From: a virus
Taxonomy: Duplodnaviria; Heunggongvirae; Uroviricota; Caudoviricetes
Virus record (IMG/VR): IMGVR_UViG_3300044557_000292
Location: 1 to 64,000 of that record
DNA: 64,000 bases
Strand: one strand, 5' to 3'
A program made the translations under genes and the position numbers. Position 1 is the stretch's first letter, and each line of letters begins with the position of its first letter. Of the stretch, positions 60,878 to 64,000 are shown piece by piece. The notes beneath the pieces are model-generated. The model was given only the letters and a program-made list of their open reading frames with translations, was not told where the DNA came from and did not search any database.

Positions 60878-61498
60878 TTAGTGAGTAGAGGCCGCTGGAC
60901 AGTCGCCGGCGAGTTCCTTGATGCTGCCGTCTTCATTATACGATTTCACATAGCAGCCGGTGAGTGAGCGCGTGCTCTGGCGTGGCTTGCTCGCGTTCCT
61001 GCGTACGTCCGCCGACTTCGACGGAGTGGTAGCGGCGCTGGCTGTCTGCGGTTTCACCGGGGTGAGTCTATCACCCGTGCCCGCGAACAAGCCGGCCTTA
61101 TTATCCTTGACGATCAGCATGCCGTTGATCATGGCTCCGTCATGAAGGTAACTTAATCGGCGGGATTCTATGCCGCCATCGACGCTGTTATAATCGTCCA
61201 TCGATGTCACGGTGATGCCGTACTCGTCGTTGATCTTCGGTATGTCAATGCTCTTCGGCCAACTGGATTGGAACACCCAGTAACACGCGACGAAGAACGT
61301 GATGATCCCGGCAGTCACTGCTACTGCCGTGATGGCTTTGCCATGCCCGTGGAGAATCGAGTCCACGGACTTCGCGACCATCGCAGTTCCCAGTGCTATA
61401 AGCAACGCGATGAGTATCCCCGCCACGATACCAATAAAGCCGACGCTCCGTATGTTATCCGCTGGGATCATGTACTTGTTAATGTCATGCATTCTCAT
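60878..61498 (-). CDS. Hypothetical membrane protein
   Basis: 206 aa, 2 TM segments, AAGGAA RBS. Confidence 0.7.
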   Translation of the reverse strand: MRMHDINKYMIPADNIRSVGFIGIVAGILIALLIALGTAMVAKSVDSILHGHGKAITAVAVTAGIITFFVACYWVFQSSWPKSIDIPKINDEYGITVTSMDDYNSVDGGIESRRLSYLHDGAMINGMLIVKDNKAGLFAGTGDRLTPVKPQTASAATTPSKSADVRRNASKPRQSTRSLTGCYVKSYNEDGSIKELAGDCPAASTH

Positions 61499-61835
61499 TC
61501 TTCCTTATCGTTGACGATTCACGAGTGTGACCGAGTGAATCGCCGCGCTCACTCGAACCGTCTGAGTACCGTCAGCATGTTAGGCGTGATTCTTCTAGTC
61601 ATGATTCCTCCAATTCCACTGTTACCATATGATTCACAGCCCAAGCCCGGCTTGCACGCTCACTGCTGCCCCGGCCTCCTTGCCGCGTGGTTGATGGGTG
61701 CTGCCGTCCTCCGGGGCGCTCAGCATAGGCCTACTCGGGCTTGTGCGCGGTGAGCCAGTCCGCGTCTTGCTCAAGGATGTCGAGCGCGCGGTAGAGGAAG
61801 TAGGCCTTGTCACGAGTGCGGAGGGTGGAGCCATC

Positions 61836-62062
61836 CTACTCCGCGTCACTGATGAAGTACATGACGCTCCTGGTGGGGTTACCGCACTCGCCTGGCCGCG
61901 TGATACCGTAAACGCGGGCTGCTGGGAACATGACGCTGTCCCCGTCATCACTCACGCTGACCGTGCGGCCATTATAAGCGGGGGTCGTGGACGCGGCCTC
62001 GATGATCTTACCAAGCGGATGGCTGACCCTCACGCCCTCAAGCTTGCTGATCCTCATGCTCA
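61836..62062 (-). CDS. Small hypothetical protein
   Basis: MSMRISKLEG... downstream of the promoter at 62121-62150. Confidence 0.55.
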
Positions 62063-62860
62063 TGATGCACCCCCAGTGACTACCTTGACCCCAGTGAATC
62101 CTCACTGGCTTGACGATTCTATTATAACGCTGGCACGGGTTAGACACGCCGCGTCACCCCCGTCGGTGCGGGGCCCCTCCAGGAAGCGACTTGTGTACAA
62201 TTGTGTACAAGCCGCCCCGGTGGCTGGTATGACAGCGCGCAATACCAGGCAGCGTGACTGTAACGCCGCGATGACAGCAAGGTTGATCGCGCTGGCGAGC
62301 GTGAGCAATCCCATCCCGTGGTGATGGGAGCCTACCCCCCCCCCGCCCGCGCCGGTGACGGGTACCACTACCGCCACGCGTACTTCACGGGGCAGGAAGA
62401 TCACCCATTGACCCCAGGAGTCATTAGGATTCCATGATGAGGGAGGATTCCACACGCCTACCCATCATGGACGCTCGTAAGACCTCGTCTAGGCAAGAGG
62501 ATCCTCACAACACGAGGACTCAATCCCCATACCACCATCCTCCCCCCCCCCAAGCAGGACGTATGATTCCACTGATGACCATCTTACAATGATCATAACA
62601 ATATAAGCGCGCAATCAACCTCACGAGGATGCTACGCGCACGGGGTCATGCACATGACCATACCACGTCCGCAAGAAGTTACACACCCTCAGGATCATGC
62701 ATCATACGCAGCGCACAATGCGTAAGAAGTTATTCACGAGCTTATAGTCAGCATCGTCTACATGAAGTACTACGCGCCTGACCAGGAGGAAAGGAGAAGC
62801 AAAAAGAAAAAAGCCACCACCGCATGCCGTCCACGTCCGTTGCATGGTCAGGGATGCTGG

Positions 62861-63086
62861 CGTGGCCAAACCGGCCGTCCACGTCTTCACGAGCTACTAG
62901 GACTGACATCGCACGATTCGATGGCAATACGAGCGTCCTCACGCGGCTCTGCAGGTATGAGGGGGCTTACTCGAGGACGGTAATGAGGGGTCTTAATGAT
63001 TGGTTTGATATGATCCACGTTTCCAAGCATTTATCCATCAACGATGTCCGCAGGGCGAGTTCGAAATGGTTCTCGGACGAGATCAC
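62861..63086 (+). pseudogene. Diverged 5'-truncated copy of the 52540 gene
   Basis: Aligns with 52638-52863, including the same TACTAGGAC site. Confidence 0.8.
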
Positions 63087-63212
63087 ATCTTACCGAGGAC
63101 GATGCCGGAAAACCAAAGAACACATCTACTTGAAACGATCTTCTAACAGAACTGTAGCATGAATAGACGGGGTGAACACCGTATAAGTGGGACGTCTGAC
63201 CGTTCTTCGTGA

Positions 63213-63273
63213 AAGGGCTAGATCTCAACGCTGGCCGTGTAACACGGGAAAGCTATATCCTAGGAATAGGGTC
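63213..63273 (+). repeat. Dispersed repeat family B, copy 6
   Basis: AAGGGCTAGATCTCAACGCTGGCCGTGTAACACGGGAAAGCTATATCCTAGGAATAGGGTC. Confidence 0.92.
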
Positions 63274-63525
63274 CGCGTCCCGATCGCGCTCACCCGCGTT
63301 CCAGTGACTCGGGTGGGCTAATCGACTGATGGTCTGCTCGGACGTGATCAGGCCGTGGACGGTCAGAGTCAAATGGTGGTCTGCGACGCCACGCTTGAAT
63401 TAATCAACTAGTATTCTGCGCTGGCACAATCAAACCAATTGCTGGTCTGGTGATCTGCGCGGGCGATTGGTGGTCTTCGCTGATTCAGATGAACGGTAAG
63501 GACACCGTGATGTGAGGAACGCGGA

Positions 63526-63614
63526 GGATGCGTTCTAAAGACCCGAAGCCCAGGCGAGTAAAAAAAACACACACCACGACGGGTTGAGCGTCTATGGCGT
63601 CATAGAACACGTCC
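63526..63614 (+). repeat. Dispersed repeat family A, copy 9
   Basis: GGATGCGTTCTA...CAGGCGAGTAAAAAAAACACACACC...GAGCGTCTATGGCGTCATAGAACACGTCC. Confidence 0.88.
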
Positions 63615-63726
63615 TAGTGGTACGTGACACATCCTCCCACGCTTCACGGTGACAATGATTGGTCTCAGGGCTCGCCCCCACTAGAATCACGGGAAGATCC
63701 TAGTATGCTCACAGCTTATGCGGGGT

Positions 63727-63957
63727 TCATCTCCTGAAGAACCCGCCGACTGGGAGCTGCTTGTCACCGTTCTTATTGTTCTTGACGATCGTGTCGATAC
63801 GCCATGATCCGGGGTACCTCGCCGCGCTCTCGAACAGGCGGCGGAGCTCACCCTTATGGTCAACGTGCTCCGTGTAAGTCCTACCGCTGTACGGGTTCGT
63901 GTAGGTGATCGTGTAGCCACTCGTGTACTCGCGCTTGTCCTGGTTCTTCTTGCTCAA
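63727..63957 (-). CDS. Small hypothetical protein
   Basis: 76-aa ORF upstream (in its own sense) of repeat A9. Confidence 0.55.
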   Translation of the reverse strand: MSKKNQDKREYTSGYTITYTNPYSGRTYTEHVDHKGELRRLFESAARYPGSWRIDTIVKNNKNGDKQLPVGGFFRR

Positions 63958-64000
63958 TGGTCTTACCGAATGGATTGGAGCTCTAGACTCAGTGATGGTG

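Noticed and set aside
1-64000. Possible TAG stop-codon recoding, suggested by in-frame TAGs at 46212 and 52675
   Set aside because: Many long intact genes read normally in the standard code and several end properly at TAG.

Overview
This 64-kb window looks like part of a large mobile element, either a megaplasmid or a jumbo phage. The host is probably actinobacterial and Bifidobacteriaceae-like, inferred from the CHAP amidase and Phd-type antitoxin. No capsid, terminase, T4SS or cas genes are recognisable here. It opens inside a type I-E-like CRISPR array (19 repeats, transcribed on the minus strand, leader at right). Most genes are hypothetical and on the minus strand. Recognisable products include a TOPRIM primase, an RNase Z-like MBL hydrolase, TpiA, class II Fba, a 5'(3')-deoxyribonucleotidase, LemA plus a TPM protein, a YhaM-like OB-HD nuclease, AspA, a broken RNA ligase, a MoxR-AAA/vWA-HExxH pair, an ADP-ribosylglycohydrolase, a tail-type lysozyme and a CHAP amidase. 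The most striking unexplained structure is non-coding: two dispersed repeat families. Family A is a ~90-nt strand-specific stem-loop (9 copies) and family B is a ~62-bp double palindrome (6 copies). Five of the six B copies are followed within 0.17-1.2 kb by a same-orientation A copy, bracketing unrelated cargo. One cargo is a host-like gene fragment fused to a solitary CRISPR repeat with its own leader copy. Also notable are a stand-alone Rel/SpoT TGS-domain insert, a captured antitoxin whose partner gene is truncated, a recurrent GGCGYGTC-N13-15-GTTATAAT promoter, and several frameshifts that may be sequencing indels.
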